DNA from: Callorhinchus milii
Taxonomy: Eukaryota
Direction: 5' to 3'
NCBI RefSeq assembly: GCF_018977255.1
Contig: NW_024704743.1
Location: 53,074,001-53,138,000, forward strand
Length of the DNA: 64,000 bases
The position numbers and the translations under genes were made by a program. The notes under the pieces were generated by a model. The model saw only the letters and a program-made list of their open reading frames with translations, was not told the origin of the DNA and searched no databases. Shown here one piece after another: positions 24,130 through 38,485 of the stretch (position 1 is the first letter of the stretch; each line of letters starts with the position of its first letter).

Positions 24130-25293
24130 TTAAGTTGTAACGTGGAACCGTCAGCCTCGCCTCCCAGTGAAGGCTCAGATCAGAGTATATTCTTTGCCAT
24201 TCCATTATTTTTTTTGCAAACTCAAGAATCCTCATCTCGTGTGCACCAACTTTATTCAGTGTTCCTATCTGATCGGTCCAGCCCCTGTTCCATTTGATCT
24301 GTAATACTAACAATAATAATACTAATAATCTGTACTACTACTGTTGCAACGTTGCATAAATTAGGTTCGTTTCCCCCTCAGTGTTAATGTTCTTTATTTA
24401 TTCATTATACGACCAAATCTGCAGGCTCGTTTGCCAGTTTCTGCAATCAAATTCTCTTTGATCGTTCAAATAATGCAGTTGAGATTGATGATTTTCATCC
24501 CTTCTCAGTCCTGACCTTCCTTGTGGAGCTAATGGTCACATAGGAGTGTGATAGCCACGTATTAATAACACCTCTGCAATGGGTTAGAAGTGTTTTTGAT
24601 TTAGATTTAAGTAGAAAGGAATCAAATCGAATTGCTTTGCTGAACGTGTGGGAAGTTTAACCTTTTGATTACCGATAATGTTTCACTGCCTTGAAAGTAT
24701 TCACACACCCACACTTGCATAGAAACGTCTTTACAGTCCAGTAAACTCTTGTCATAGACAGAATTATGATTGGAAAACAAAAAAATATTGGAAATGAAGA
24801 ATCAAATGTGATTTTCCCCAGAAGTAGAAACAAGGGGTACAAGTCCTCGCCCTCCTATTTTAAATTGAAATAGTGGCATTCGTTTAACATGAAATTACAG
24901 CAGTTGCTGTATAAACATATACTACACAGGTAAATCCTGTTTTGCAACTGAGACGAAGGGAATTGAGTGCAAGTTTTAATCAGGAGTGGGTTTATAATGG
25001 TTGAATACAAATCTTTATTTGCTGACTGATTGGGTTTAGGCGGTACAGAGAGCGATATAATGGCTTTGTGGGCAGAAACAGTCTGTGTGGAATTAGAATC
25101 ATATCCTGCAGCTGGCGAAATGACAGATAAACCTTTCTCCAGATGAGTACACCCTATTTACTCCTGTTGAACACCCAAGCCCCCTAAGTGAAAGACAGGG
25201 TATGACGTTAGGAAGCACACATCCCATTTCCACAGCATTGATTAAAAAGCAGTCAATTTCAGATACTGCATTCAAAGCTCCAGCACCACACAC

Positions 25294-25339
<46 letters not shown>
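25294..25339. repeat. (CT)n(CA)n compound microsatellite
   Basis: Seen directly. Confidence 0.9.
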
Positions 25340-25916
25340 AGGCACTCCAGCCACCTCGCCTTGCAGCCTTGTGTTTGAAGGTGGGAATGGTCCATCACCG
25401 CTAAAATCACCCTTCAACCTGGGGCATTAAAGAAGTGGGTAAAGAACATTGATTTTCTCTCTCTATGGTGATGTGAGTGGCATCCCAATACTAGTTACTA
25501 AAACTGTGTGTGTGGGGTGTGTGTGTGGGGGGGTAGAAGGAGCCTTTCTTGGTTTTACTTACTGGGCATCGTGAAGTGCAGGATTTTTTTAAAAAATCCA
25601 AAGCACACCAAATCTGTGATTCATAAATCATCTGGGTTTGTTAATGTCTTTGTTTCCGAATCACAGCGTAACATTATTTGTAAACGCGTGGAGCGGATTG
25701 AGGATGGTATATGTCTCCAGACTCCTGAACCAACCAGCAAATCCACCCTGTAACCCACAACATGTAGTGGGAAGAGCCATTCGTTTCATTCCAACCATAT
25801 CATCACTGTCACCATCACACTGGCTGATGGAGACCACAAGTACCAGAAAGGTAAAGGGCAAATTTATCAGCAAAGGATTTCAATGTATTTCTGTCTACTG
25901 AAGGTGAAAGCTACAA

Positions 25917-26655
25917 ACAACAACAACAAGTTACACTTGTATAGTGTCTTTCACTTCGGGAGGCTGTCCCAAGGCACTGGACAGTTAGGGATTTGGACCC
26001 AAGCAGGGGTTTGGTTTCAGGGCAGGGGGGGTAGGAGGGTGGCTGAAAGCACGGTCGAAGAGGAAAGTCTTGAGGTGTGTCTTGAAGGAAGCAAAGGAGG
26101 AAGCGAGGCAAAGGGAATGTGGGATGGAGTTCCAAAGGGGGCAGAGAGGCTGAAGGACCGACTGCCGATGGTGGGATGGGTTGGGCGGGGAACATGTAGC
26201 AGGCAGAGCCTGCTGAGCGGAAGGAGCGGACATGTTGATAAGGGGTTAGCAGGTCACAGAGGGAGGAAGGAGCAAGGCCGTGGAGGGCTTTGAAGGTGAG
26301 GACAAGGATTTTGAACTCTATCCATGGATTTTCCCCGCTCCATGGGGAATGGGGAGCCAGTGGAGCCTGGTGAGAGTTAATAATAAAAATAATAATAATC
26401 CTTGAATTTGATATAGCGTTTTTCACATTCTCTAGTTGTTTCAAAGCGCTTCACTGAATATACCATAAAGTGAATTGACTGTATATTTTTGGGCGAAATG
26501 TGGCTGTCAATTAGGATGATAGGGTCATGGATCCTGGTGCAGGAGAGGACATGAGCTGCAGAGTGTTGGATGATCCACAGCGTGCGGAGGGAAGAATTGG
26601 GAAGGCCGACAAGCAAGGAGTTGGCATAGTCGAGCCTAGATGTAATAAGTGTGTG
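25917..26655 (-). mobile_element. L2 3' fragment with a SINE 3' piece inserted at ~26377-26512
   Basis: Peptides FHTLITSRLDYANSLLVGLP and WIEFKILVLTFKALHGLAP; (TTG)n tail. Confidence 0.85.
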
Positions 26656-29600
26656 GAATACAAACATCATGACATTAAACAAAAAGCTTATTTATCCTTT
26701 GTGGTCTCTATCAACTGATGCAACTGTGCGTGGGTTTCTATCTGTGAAATATAAGGACTCTCAGGATGGGAAATATGAATTTTGAGCTCCCTCTCCAGTG
26801 CTTGTACTGTACACAAGGGTCAGACTGGTGTTTATTCCAGGAAGCATGCACCCCCTCACTTGTGCTTGTATCGCACCCAAGAGGCAAATTCATTTAATTC
26901 CATTAATCTTGCACCCTCTCACCAGTCCTTGTACCTAGCACAAAGATATATTAGTGTGTATTCCAGTCAAACTATAGATTGTATAAAGGGACTTCTCACC
27001 CCCTATATCCAACCACAGAGCTTTCTGTAAAGTGTAGTGACTGTATATTTGTCGGTAAATCCAGCAGCCATTTTAACGCAGTAAGGTCCTGTAAACAGGT
27101 ACAAAGTGAATGAACAATTCTACCAAGGGGATTTTTGAGCCAGGACACTTGGAGAAACTCTCTTCACTTTTCAAATAGTGCCACAGAAACTTTAATGTTA
27201 GATATGGTTTAATATTTCACCCGAAGGGCAGCACTTTGTACAACCCAGCTTTCCTCCAGGTACTCCAATGATATGTCTACCTAAACAATGAGCTCAAAGT
27301 CCTAGTATGGGTCTTGAACCCACAACTGTCTGACTCAGAGGAGAGATTGCTACCAAATGAGTCAGACTGACAACTGTTTCATCTTATTGCTTCAACATGC
27401 AATCAGATGCCCTAAAAATGCAGCGTAGTATTTGATTAGTTTCTGTGTCCTCATTTTCACATTGAATTCAGTAATTGATCAAATAATCACATCCAAATCT
27501 TTTTGCTTTTCACCTCCCCAAATAGACACACTTTCATTGTCTTAGAAAAAGGAGTGAACAACATTTCCTGAATATTGTTTTTTCTAGAGATGAATGGAAT
27601 CAGAGTGCTGTTTAAGAATCACGTTTCCCTCTAAATTGTTCACATAAACTAAACATTTCCAATATATAGCAAAGCACAGAATTTATTGTAAAGTGTGTAT
27701 TTTGTGGGTGAAACAAAATGCAACTGCCAATTGTGCACAACAGTGTCCCACAAACAGTCACAGAATCAAATGGTGGATGAGCAAAGGTTCCACTTAATTA
27801 AAAGTTTCCATCAATGACCTGACTCTTGTCCCCTTATGCCTTTGGCATTGTTGCAAGGGAGACCCTAAAGAAGGAAAAATTAAACTATTCGTATTCAAAT
27901 TACTAATAGCGGTTTTTGATTTGTGAATATCGTACATACTTTGGAGCAGAAAGCCTATTGTATTAGTGTAACAATATTTATTCAAATTGTGAATACTGCA
28001 CACTAGTCCACAATTACTTCAATACATTCTTTTGTTTTTCTGATGAAATTCAGTATTAACGTTTTTGTGAGCACCCCACTCCCCCATACCATGCAAAATA
28101 TTTACACATTGTGTATGGAAAGTAAAGCTGGTCTGTGATTCATGCGAAATCTCAGTTTGTTAATGGGGTTCTGACTCACAGGATGAGATCAAGTGTTAAA
28201 TTCCTGTGAGCAGAGTGTGAGTTATGACATTTAAGGCTGGTGATGTGTCCAGTTCAAGTGCATGAGTGTGGGCTGCATTCAAGGTCTGAAAATGTAAAGT
28301 TTGCAAATACGCTTTGAGAGCACTGATCGGTGGTTAGACATGATTCTATTTGAAGCTTGCTTTGTTCTTCAGTGACTGCATGTATTTCTAGATATATGTG
28401 ATTGTGGGCAAATTTTTTGATCGTGGGATTGTTTCTACCCATAAATAATTGTGTAATTATTTAAAAACAATTTTTTAAATCTATGAATATATAAGCCTTG
28501 CATTTTGCTACAGCAAAGAACTTCAGAGAATTTATTGTAAAGTGTGTATTTTGTGGGTGAAACAAAACATGACTGCCAATTGTGCACAACAATGTCCCAC
28601 AAACAGTCATGGATTTTTATTATTATTATATGTATAGTGTATTTGTGAGTTGTGAATATAATACAAATAATTTTGAATTTTTGTAAGTGTATGAAAGGAA
28701 ATATATCTTTAAAAAGTCAAACATGGATATTACTGGATTCTAAATAAACATTGCCTCTATTAATGATAGGACTAATTGCACATATATGTATTGTGAGTAA
28801 ATTAAGAGAATGTTGTATGTTTGCAGAAGAAGCATCCAGAATAGGTCAGTTAATTGAGGACTAGGTTTGAGATCAGAAGTCCTTGTGTTGTTTTACCTTT
28901 CCATAGTACCATAGAAATTCACAGCACATAAGAAGGCTATTTGGTCCATCGTGACTGCTGGCTCTTTTAAAGAACTCTCTTGATTGGGTGTCAGCCTGGC
29001 TCAGTTGGTAACACTGTCACCTCTCAGTCAGAGGTTGTGGGTTCAAGCCCCATGTCAGGACTTGGAGCTCGTATAGTCTAGGCTGACAAGTGCCCACTTT
29101 ACTTATTCCCCTCTCCTACACCCCGTATGTCTCCTATAACCCCTTCTCTCTCGCATATGCATCAAGTTTCCTCTTAAATGCATTTATATTTTTTAAAAAT
29201 CTAACACAAAATATTGAGGTGAGAGAAATGGGAGCAACAATCAAAGATGGTAATTGAACATTGCTGGGTGCCAAGAGACATGAGGGACATGATGAGGATA
29301 ATATTCTATACAGTACCTTAAGATTAGCAATGTGCCTACCCTCACAATTCAGGAGCTAACAAGATTATAACATGACTGGCAGTCCTAGTATTTCTTCAAT
29401 GAGACCGAAAGCCAAGAGATGTCACGGATGTATTTTGCAACAAAGCAGTTGAAAAGTAGGCTGAATGTCAGTACTTATCAGCATGAAAACCTGGCAGAAC
29501 TCACAAATGTTTATAATTCGTCCTGCATATCTTTGTGCAGTCTACGCAATAAAATGTTCTGAAATACGTACCAAATCATCCTGATTGCATTATACTGTAT

Positions 29601-30053
29601 GGAATTCGTTCTGTGTACAAATCTAGCTTACTGTCAGTGCCTGCTACACATTGTCTGGCATTCTGATAGACACCTCCCAGAAAGGATTCCATTTAGAGAT
29701 TCATGTTATGGATGCTGTTGTGTGTGATGGCTGTAGCTCCTGGATTGTGGATAGAAAATCTTTGCCTACAAATGTGAATTCCCATTTTCTTGATATTGTG
29801 TCCAGTTTATTTTTTCTTATCAGAATCTGATTCTATCAGGAACAGGAACTGGTAGCCATTAGCTTGAGTTTCTGGAGGAAAGAAGAACACACATTTTTAC
29901 AGCAGCTCATCATAACAAAACATCTCAAAGCACTTCATAGTAATAACGTCAAATGTACTGGCTGTTTTGGGACATTGTTTTGGAAGTCAAACCTAGCAGT
30001 CATTTTGTCTACAGTAAAGTCCCAGAAACAGACACAACACCTATTTAATGGAG

Positions 30054-31774
30054 CACTGTCTCCTGTTTGTAAAGGATAAGTGTAAATCCCAATTGCCTCT
30101 GTCTTTTAAGCATGAAATTTAGCATGGGGTGGAGAAAAGAAGAACTTGGATTTTTACAGCAGCTTGATCACATTGAAATTCTGGTACTTTCAAATTATTT
30201 CATTCATGGAGAATTTTCACAGAATTTAAGAACATAAGAACATAAGAATTAGGAGCAGGAGTAGGCCACTTGGCCCCTCGAGCCTGCCCCGCCATTCGAT
30301 AAGATCATGGCTGATCTTCAGACCTAACTCTAATTACCTGCCCTATCCCCATATCCCCTAATCCCTCTATTTTTAAAAAATCTATCAGTCTCAGCCTTGT
30401 AGATGTTCAAGGACTGAGCATCTACAGCCTTCTGGGATAGTGAATTCCATAACGTGAAGAAATGTTTGTCAACTCTGTTGTAAAAGGCCGACCCTTAATT
30501 TTAAGACTGTGACCCCTGGTTATAGATTCTCCTACCAGGGGAAACAGACCCTCAGTGTCTACTTTATCAGCCCTTTAAGAATCTTATATGTTTCAATAAG
30601 ATCTCCCCTAATTCTTCTGTACTCTAGAGAATATAGCCCTAGTTTATTCAGCCTATCCTCATAGGTCAGTCCCCTCATCCCAGGAACTAACCTAGTGAAT
30701 CTACGCTGCACCCCCTCTAGGGCAAGTATCTCCTTTTTTAAGGAGACCAAAACTGCACACAATACTCTAGGTGTGGTCTCACCAAGGCCCTGTACAGTTG
30801 CAGCAAGACTTCCCTACTCTTGTACTCTAAACCTTTTGCAATGAACGCTAACATGCCGTTCGCCTTCTTAGTTGCTTGCTGCACCTGCAAACTAACCGTT
30901 TGAGACTGGTGTACAAGGACACCCAAATCCCTCCGCACATTAACACTATCTAATCTCTCCCCTCTAGAAAGTAATCTATTTTTCTATTTTTTCTACCTAG
31001 GTGAATAACTTCACACTTCCCCACATTAAATTCCATCTGCCACCTACTCGCCCACTCCCCTAGCCTATCTATGTCCCGTTGCAATCTTTTTGCATCATCC
31101 TCAGAGCTTACTCTCCCACCTAGTTTAGTGTCATCCGCAAATTTAGATACGTTACATTCAATGTCCTCGTCTAGATCATTGACGTAAATTGTAAATAGCT
31201 GAGGCTCAAGCACTGATCCTTGTGGTACTCCACTAGTCACATCCTGCCAATTCGAGAATGACCCATTTATCCCTACTCTCTGTTTTCTACCCGTTAGCCA
31301 CTCTTCATGCTAATTTAAACCCAATGAGATTCTAAAAATCAGTTTTACAGCACAATCCATTGTGTCGTAATATCGCTGGAAGCAAACTCGCACATCAAGG
31401 AATATCATGATAGTTTGTCCCGGTATCCTGACAAATAATCCCCAGATAAAATTGGTCATCCAGTTCATAGCTATTTGCCGGAGATTAGTGTGTGCAAAAA
31501 ATTGATTGCCGCAATAGCCTAAGAAAATCCAGTCACTGCACTTGTGCACTTGACAGTAAATCCTTTGAGGAGGACACGTCAAAGCACTTCACAGGATTAA
31601 TGTAAAGTATAATTGTATTTTCAGGCAAACACAGCAACACTATTTAAAAAGAGAAGGGAGTTTCTCCCAGTGTCCTGGCCAACAATCCCCCAGAGAAAAT
31701 TTGTCGTTCAATTCATGGCTGTTCATGAGACACTGCTGTGCACAAATTAGCTGCCACATACACCTACAAAATAT
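30054..31774 (+). repeat. Duplicated composite unit, copy 1 (interrupted by CR1)
   Basis: High identity to 56064-56700 once the CR1 is removed. Confidence 0.88.
30230..31311 (-). mobile_element. 5'-truncated CR1 LINE (RT C-terminal half to 3' tail) with 7-bp TSD AATTTAA
   Basis: GVPQGSVL..FADDTKL, RPHLEYCVQFWSP, tail (TTCTTATG)n. TSD at 30223-30229 and 31312-31318. Same family as 641-4922. Confidence 0.93.
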
Positions 31775-34700
31775 ATGGTTCCTACTCTACTGTAAATTCT
31801 ATAAAGCCTTTGAGACAACCTCTCAGTGTGAAAGCTGCAACATTGTATTATTATTTCAATTTTTTCCAACCTACTTCTGTCTTTTTCAAACAATTGTGGA
31901 TTCATATCAAATATCCAGCACAGGAAACATTTCCCTATTGTGTCTGTGCTGATGTCAGCTCCGCCATTGTAACTATTTGAAACGCTGCCAAGGTGAACCC
32001 TCCAGTACTTTAGGAAACTTGATTTGACTTGTACCCACTACATTTTTGTTGAAGTGGTACAATAACAACACAAATTGGCCTCAGTTCATTTTCGCCACAT
32101 ATGTTCTAATGTTATGTGACATTTATTGTTGATTCCCAAGAATGTTTAAACAGAAATAATGAGCTGGATGAGGCCATTGGCAGACTGCATTGGGAAGAAT
32201 CGGCAATAATTCACTAATATTTTTAGAATCTCTCTTGCAGCACAATGCATTGTGTAGCAATGCTTATGCCAGGTTAATATCGCTCGAAGGAAACTGGCAC
32301 ATCAAGGAAAATCATGCCTCTGTTCTCTATAAAAATAGTTTGAAATCATGACCCTGGCTACTGGGCTACAATCTGGTGCAAAGCCCATATGACCTTCAGA
32401 GGAAGAAAGTTTCATAGAAGATAGGAACACAGCATGAAGGGAACACGCTTTATATGGGGAAACTGAACAAAAGTTGTCATTGCCTGCACACCCCTCCTCA
32501 CCTCCTCCCCAGGCTGCCAAGACCTTCATTCACTCCTGCGTCATGTCCAGGCTTGATTAATCCAATGCCCTACTTGCCAGACTCTCCAGCTCCTCCCTAC
32601 ACAAGCTGCAGACCATCCACAATACTGCAGCCTGTGTCTGCAGCGGACTCTATGAGCCCATTACCCCCATCCTTGCTCAGCTCCACTGTCTTCCACCCAA
32701 TCTACCCCAGCTTTCAGCTTTTCCAACCCCACTCTCTGGTACTCCCTCTGCCTCACCCCATCACTCCATGGTCACCCAAATAGTCATTATAAAAAATTGC
32801 TAACTTGTAACCCAGGAACATTGGGAGAAACTTCTCTCTTTGACCAGTATCATCGGATCTCTAATAACTATCTGAACAAGCAGACGGGAACTCAGTTTAA
32901 CATTTAACATCAAAGGACTGCACCTCCAACAGTCAGTGTCCCCCCAAAACTGCATCTAGACTGTGAGATCAAAGTCACAATATGGGGCTTGAATACACAA
33001 CTTTCTAACCTGAACTCAAGAGTTCTATTAACTGATGCAAACCAACACCAAGATATCACCCTAGCATCTTCCGATTACACCAACAAGATATTGCTTGAAT
33101 TAAACCAATGGTTTGATCTCATCCATGCTTTCCCGCAATCTCTTCCAGTTGTTAAATATCCTCTGTTTAAATAAATAATTCCCAGTGCCTTTCCTAAAAT
33201 TGCCCTTCAGAAATCTGATTATATGCCCTCTTGTTTGCTTTCTTGGAGTATCTTAATGTAATGCTCTGGTTTTATTTTTTCAATTCCATTTAGTGTATAC
33301 TACAGAGGTCTCTCTATAAGGCCCCATCTTAAAGCTGAAGAGCCCTATCTAATATATTGTAAATTTAACCATTCTCTCCTTTCTACAGATGTGTCACCAT
33401 GGAACCAGCTCAACCCTAGATATACCTTTACAACAAACCCCACACCACTCCTCAAAGCCAGAGCATTCTACATGGTTAGAATCCTGAGCATCAAATTAAT
33501 TTGTACTTTTCAACATCTTTCCATACATTTCCTTTTATTTAATTTACATTTATTTTCGAAAGCTGAACACATTTGAACAAAGTTCCTGGTAAAACTGAAA
33601 AAGTCCTTCCAAAGAACCTAAGTCAAACGGCCAGGAATGTGTCACTGGACTAGTTCCAACTGTTCATTATATGAGTCACTGGCAATTTATAAATAGTACA
33701 GGAACGTAAGTACTGTACGTTTTTAAAAAATAGTGAGGTAAGAAATGAATTAAAGTGGCAAATGCAACACAATAACCAGTGATAAGACTACGTGCGACAT
33801 TACTCAAATTTACTTTATATTCGGCCAATATTTACAGTCGTTAATTTATGGAGATAGATATTTAAATAGCTTTATTATAAAAATCCAATGTTCCAAATAC
33901 TTATTATTTGATTATTAAAACTTTTTGTTATAGAAGGCTTCAGAACATTTAGAGAAACTTGTGCTTAAGTTATTTACCAATTTCCCTGCATTTTCTGGGC
34001 TCAGCATGTTAATCGGCACTTACATATTATGATCACTAGGTGGTCACAAGATATTATGATCTCTTTCATTGTCATAAGAAACATTCATATTATTATAAAC
34101 ATTTTATTTACCATTTATTTAATTTTTAATTTTTATGTAAAATTTATATAATTCCCAGTCAACATGATAATCACTGCCTAGTGCAGAACTCTGCAGGTGC
34201 TCACTTCACTCCTTTAGACTAAACACTGCAATGACTCACACTTCATAAGCACCTCTAAGAAAACATTTTCCATGTAATTTTAACTAACATATGTGAATGT
34301 AGGAACCATTTCCTAATCAGTCATGTACACTTTCTCAAAAAAATGAGTCCTAAACAGGAACAAGGACAATTTATGAGGCGTGAATGCAAGATCTTTATAT
34401 TCAAAAGCCATTATGTCTTCTGCCTTAGAAATAAAGAAATTCAATTATTTTTCCATTTAACTTACACTGTCCTTTAGTAAATTAGAAAATCTGCTCAGTG
34501 CAAAGAAACTGCAATCTATTACTGAACAAAATCCTAGTTCAATGGGAGAGAAAGAGGCTGTTAATATCTCCTTCACAAAGCAGTAGGAGGAGATGGTTAT
34601 AATTATCACTTTGTGAGCCTGCAGCTGAACACGTTTGCCAAATATCAGCAATGTAATGAAACTGTTACATTATAATTCATACTAGGTTGTTTCCGGTAAT

Positions 34701-37700
34701 TAACTGTTTGCTATCACTTCATAAGATCACATCACAGCATCACAACAACTTGCATTTATACAGCGCCCTTTACATAGGGTAACATCTCAGAGCACTTTAC
34801 AAGGACATGATTGCTCGGTAGTAAGGTAGAGAGGAAATAAACAAAGTCCTTCAGTTATTTGATCTTATTCACCCAGAACAACAACCCTACCATCTTCCAT
34901 TACACCTTCCAGCTGTTTTTTTAGTGTGAGCCTGATTCTGATTCAGATGGCGGTACTCCACCTCTGAATCAGAAGGTTGTGGGATAAAGCCCCATATCGA
35001 TCCTTTGAACTCACAGTTCAGACTGACACTCCAATGCAGTCCTGTTAGTAGAATTCCTCCAGTTAGTTGTTAGTGCATGTTTCTAAATGGATTGCATCAA
35101 AATCACATCATATTTCCCTAATTCCTTCACTGAGATCTTTACCTTCACGAAGACAAAACAAATTGACGAACAAATGAAAAAAACGATTTATTCATTGAAA
35201 GTAAAGAGGCTGATTGTACTTGTATTTTTTTTACACTGTGATGAGCTTTTCTTATTACGCTTCAACAGCTCAGTAGTTGTATTGATTGTATTTCTATAAT
35301 TTTTTACACCGTAATGTATAAGGCTCGAAAGATAAATACCCACCTCCGTGTTTCTATATCAGAAATCCCAGTCTGTTATAAACGAGTGAAATACATTGAA
35401 ACATATTTTATGATCTCAAATTTCAGTCAACATCAGCTTGTAGGTAAAGATGACATATAAGTATGTAAATAAATAATGCAAATAGGTAGTGGATCACCGA
35501 GAAACCAGAGATTAAACCATTTAAATTTCTAAAATTTACTTTCCAGGGAGAGTGGGCACAATTTTAGAAAGTTTGGAAACATGACCATGAAATTGTGACC
35601 CTTCAAACCCTCTGTAAAATGCTGCCACCATACAACAGATGCCTTAGCTCTATATCCACAGTCTGCATGTGAGGAGGATTACTTTATAATGAACAGAAGC
35701 AAATGTTTTTGTAAAATATTAATTATAGAAAATGCTCATTGTATTCAAAACACATCCATAAGTTGTTGTTAGGTCCTCTAAAGTTTCAGAAATCTGTCAG
35801 AGATTGCTGTTCGTAGATTTTATTAAATTACTGTTTGGAATTCCATATCATTTTCGCAGTCCAAGCAATGAAAAGTATAGAAGCTGTCATACTTGCCTAC
35901 AGTTGCTACAATTCAAAAAACTCATAACTCATTGTTTGATCTTCTTTGCAATGTTTCAACGTAATAAAGCACAATACCAAATGTAAGTAATATCATTACT
36001 ATTAAATGCATTAATCGGTACCCTGATATAAAACCTCATTACTGTTATTGAATGGGAATAAAATTGGAAGGTACAATAAAAACAATCAGCTGTAAAAAAG
36101 CAGAGAGACTCTGTATCTTTTAATGGTTCTCTCATCCCAAATAATGCTTAGAGACAAAGAAAAGACAATAGCAGCATTTCAAATCGATTTGACTCAAGAT
36201 ATAGGACTCCATGTAATGAAGTTCAGTAGTTACAATAAACTGAACTAATATTTAAGGGGTAGTCAGATTTGAAATATATCCAGTTACTATTTTCCCTTAC
36301 TTTCACAAGTACAAAGTATGGGTGGTATTCAGACATTGAAGAAGAATGCCTTAACACCTGCACTGCTTCAAAAAGTCCTTACAAACTAATCTTACATGTG
36401 TCTGGAGGTGCTATAATGCATGTTTTTTGTCATAACGAAATATAGCAACTCATGCTATATTTTCACTAAAAGGGTGGTAGAAATCTTAATTTTCTCCCCC
36501 AAAAGGCTGTGGATGCTGGATCCATCCACACCTTCAAGAGTGAGGTTGATAGATTTTTGGTAGGTCAGGGTATCAGGGATATGGGGAGAAAGTGGAAAAT
36601 TGGAATTCAAAGGATTAGTTGAGGTACAGATCAGGTTGCAAGAGCCGAGGCTTGGGATCCCCAGAGTGTGGATTATGGTACTGCTGGAGCCTAACCAGCT
36701 AAAATCGCATAGCTAGCCATTGAAAGCGCTATTTGTCATCCTCGTTGCTCTCTTCTGCACCACTTCTAGGGCTTGGACAGCCCTCTTAGGTACCGTATAG
36801 CAAGTTCAGAGCTGTCTCAGTTGAGACCAGTCAGTTGGGCCACATGGTCTCCTCTTAAGTCCCTTTATTAGTAGTAATGCAAACTTTTAATAGTGCAATG
36901 AAATTTTACAAGGGACAAAAAGCCGGTATTAGAAATTGGTACAACAGAGTGAATCGATATGCCAGAATGGTACTAGAATTGCTCCTGCACTCCAACCTGG
37001 CTGTCTAAAGTCTCCAAAGAGGTGTGATTGGTGCCACCTCTTGCTACATGGAGGAGGAGGACTGATGGCAGAATAATACATTCTGGCAGCACACAGAGGA
37101 ATCTACTAGCCTGCCAAACAGCTGTTCTCCACTATCTTGTCACACTGTGAGACAGTGGTGCAAGCCAACTCAGCAGCTGGCAGAAACCAGATGTGTCATT
37201 ACATTTTCAGAACTTTAAATTTGAAAGGCAGTCCCATTGTATCAAAATGTGGGGAGTGGGAGGGAGAGTCAAAAGCAACCTTTAGCTGTGGGTTGATGTC
37301 ACAATCCCTGTTTTACGGGTGAAGTAGGTGACTTTATACTTCACTAACGTGGCCTTGTGTAGATTTTAGATACTGTGAGGCCAATAATTTTCCTTTTACT
37401 GTCAGGTGTCAGACAGTACTGTTGGACTGTCAGATTTGATCTGATGGCTGTCCGAACTGTCAATGATTTATAGTTTCTCCTCACCTTCATCTTCATTCTC
37501 CATTTGCACTTCATTGGATACAGCAATTAAATCATTGTGCCCATGGAGCATAAATTTATTCCAGGCTTCATCTATCACGAAATATGATGAATGTATCTCT
37601 GAGTGACTCCCATGTGATTGAGAAGAATTCTGGATCAAAGATCCATTAAGTCAACCTTGTAAATGGATGCCCCATGTGCTACTGATATAAATCTTCATTG

Positions 37701-38079
37701 CAAGAAGTTAAATCTCTCCCAAATGGAGCTGAAGGTCATCAGGTAATTGTTTCCAGGGTTCTGGCTGTATGACTGGTTGTCAGAAGGTGCTGAGAGTATC
37801 TGTCTTTCTTCCTGTTTTAAACTGACAATGTATGACAGTAACAGAAGTCTTCTATTGATTCATTTCTATTATTTGCACTGGTTCTTAACTGTATGTCAGG
37901 CAGGGAGACAGGCATTTAAAGCCACTATTCTGTCAGTCATTCTGTGTGGCCAAGAGATGAAGTGGATGGCTGGAGGGATTAGCAGGAAGAGAGACATAGG
38001 GAGCACTGGAATGACTGCACTTGTACAACATCTCTTTATTAATTAAATTATAATTTAGGATTACTTGTCATAATCAATG

Positions 38080-38485
38080 TTAATAATAATCCTTACATTT
38101 GATATAGTGTCTTGTCAAGACATCTCAAAGCGCTTCACAGGATATACTGTAAAATGGATTGACTGTGTAATTTGTGGGTGAAACACGGCAGGTAGTTGCA
38201 TACAGCTATTTATCCCACTAACAGCCATGGAGTGAGTGACCAATTTTTATTTTGGGGATTGCTGGCCAGAACACCAGGAGAAATTCCCTTCTCTTTTCAA
38301 ATAGTGTCATGGCATCTTTACCATCCACCTGATCAGGCAGACAAGACCTTGGTTTAATGTCTCATCTGAAGGACGGCACCTCCAACAAAGTAACACACCC
38401 CCTAGAACTGCATTGGAGCATTAGCTTAGATTATGTGATTCTAAATCCTGAAGTGGGCCTTGAACCTACAAGCTTCTGACTCAGT
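38080..38485 (-). mobile_element. Older DeuSINE
   Basis: Tail, Deu core and head are collinear on the minus strand. Confidence 0.78.
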
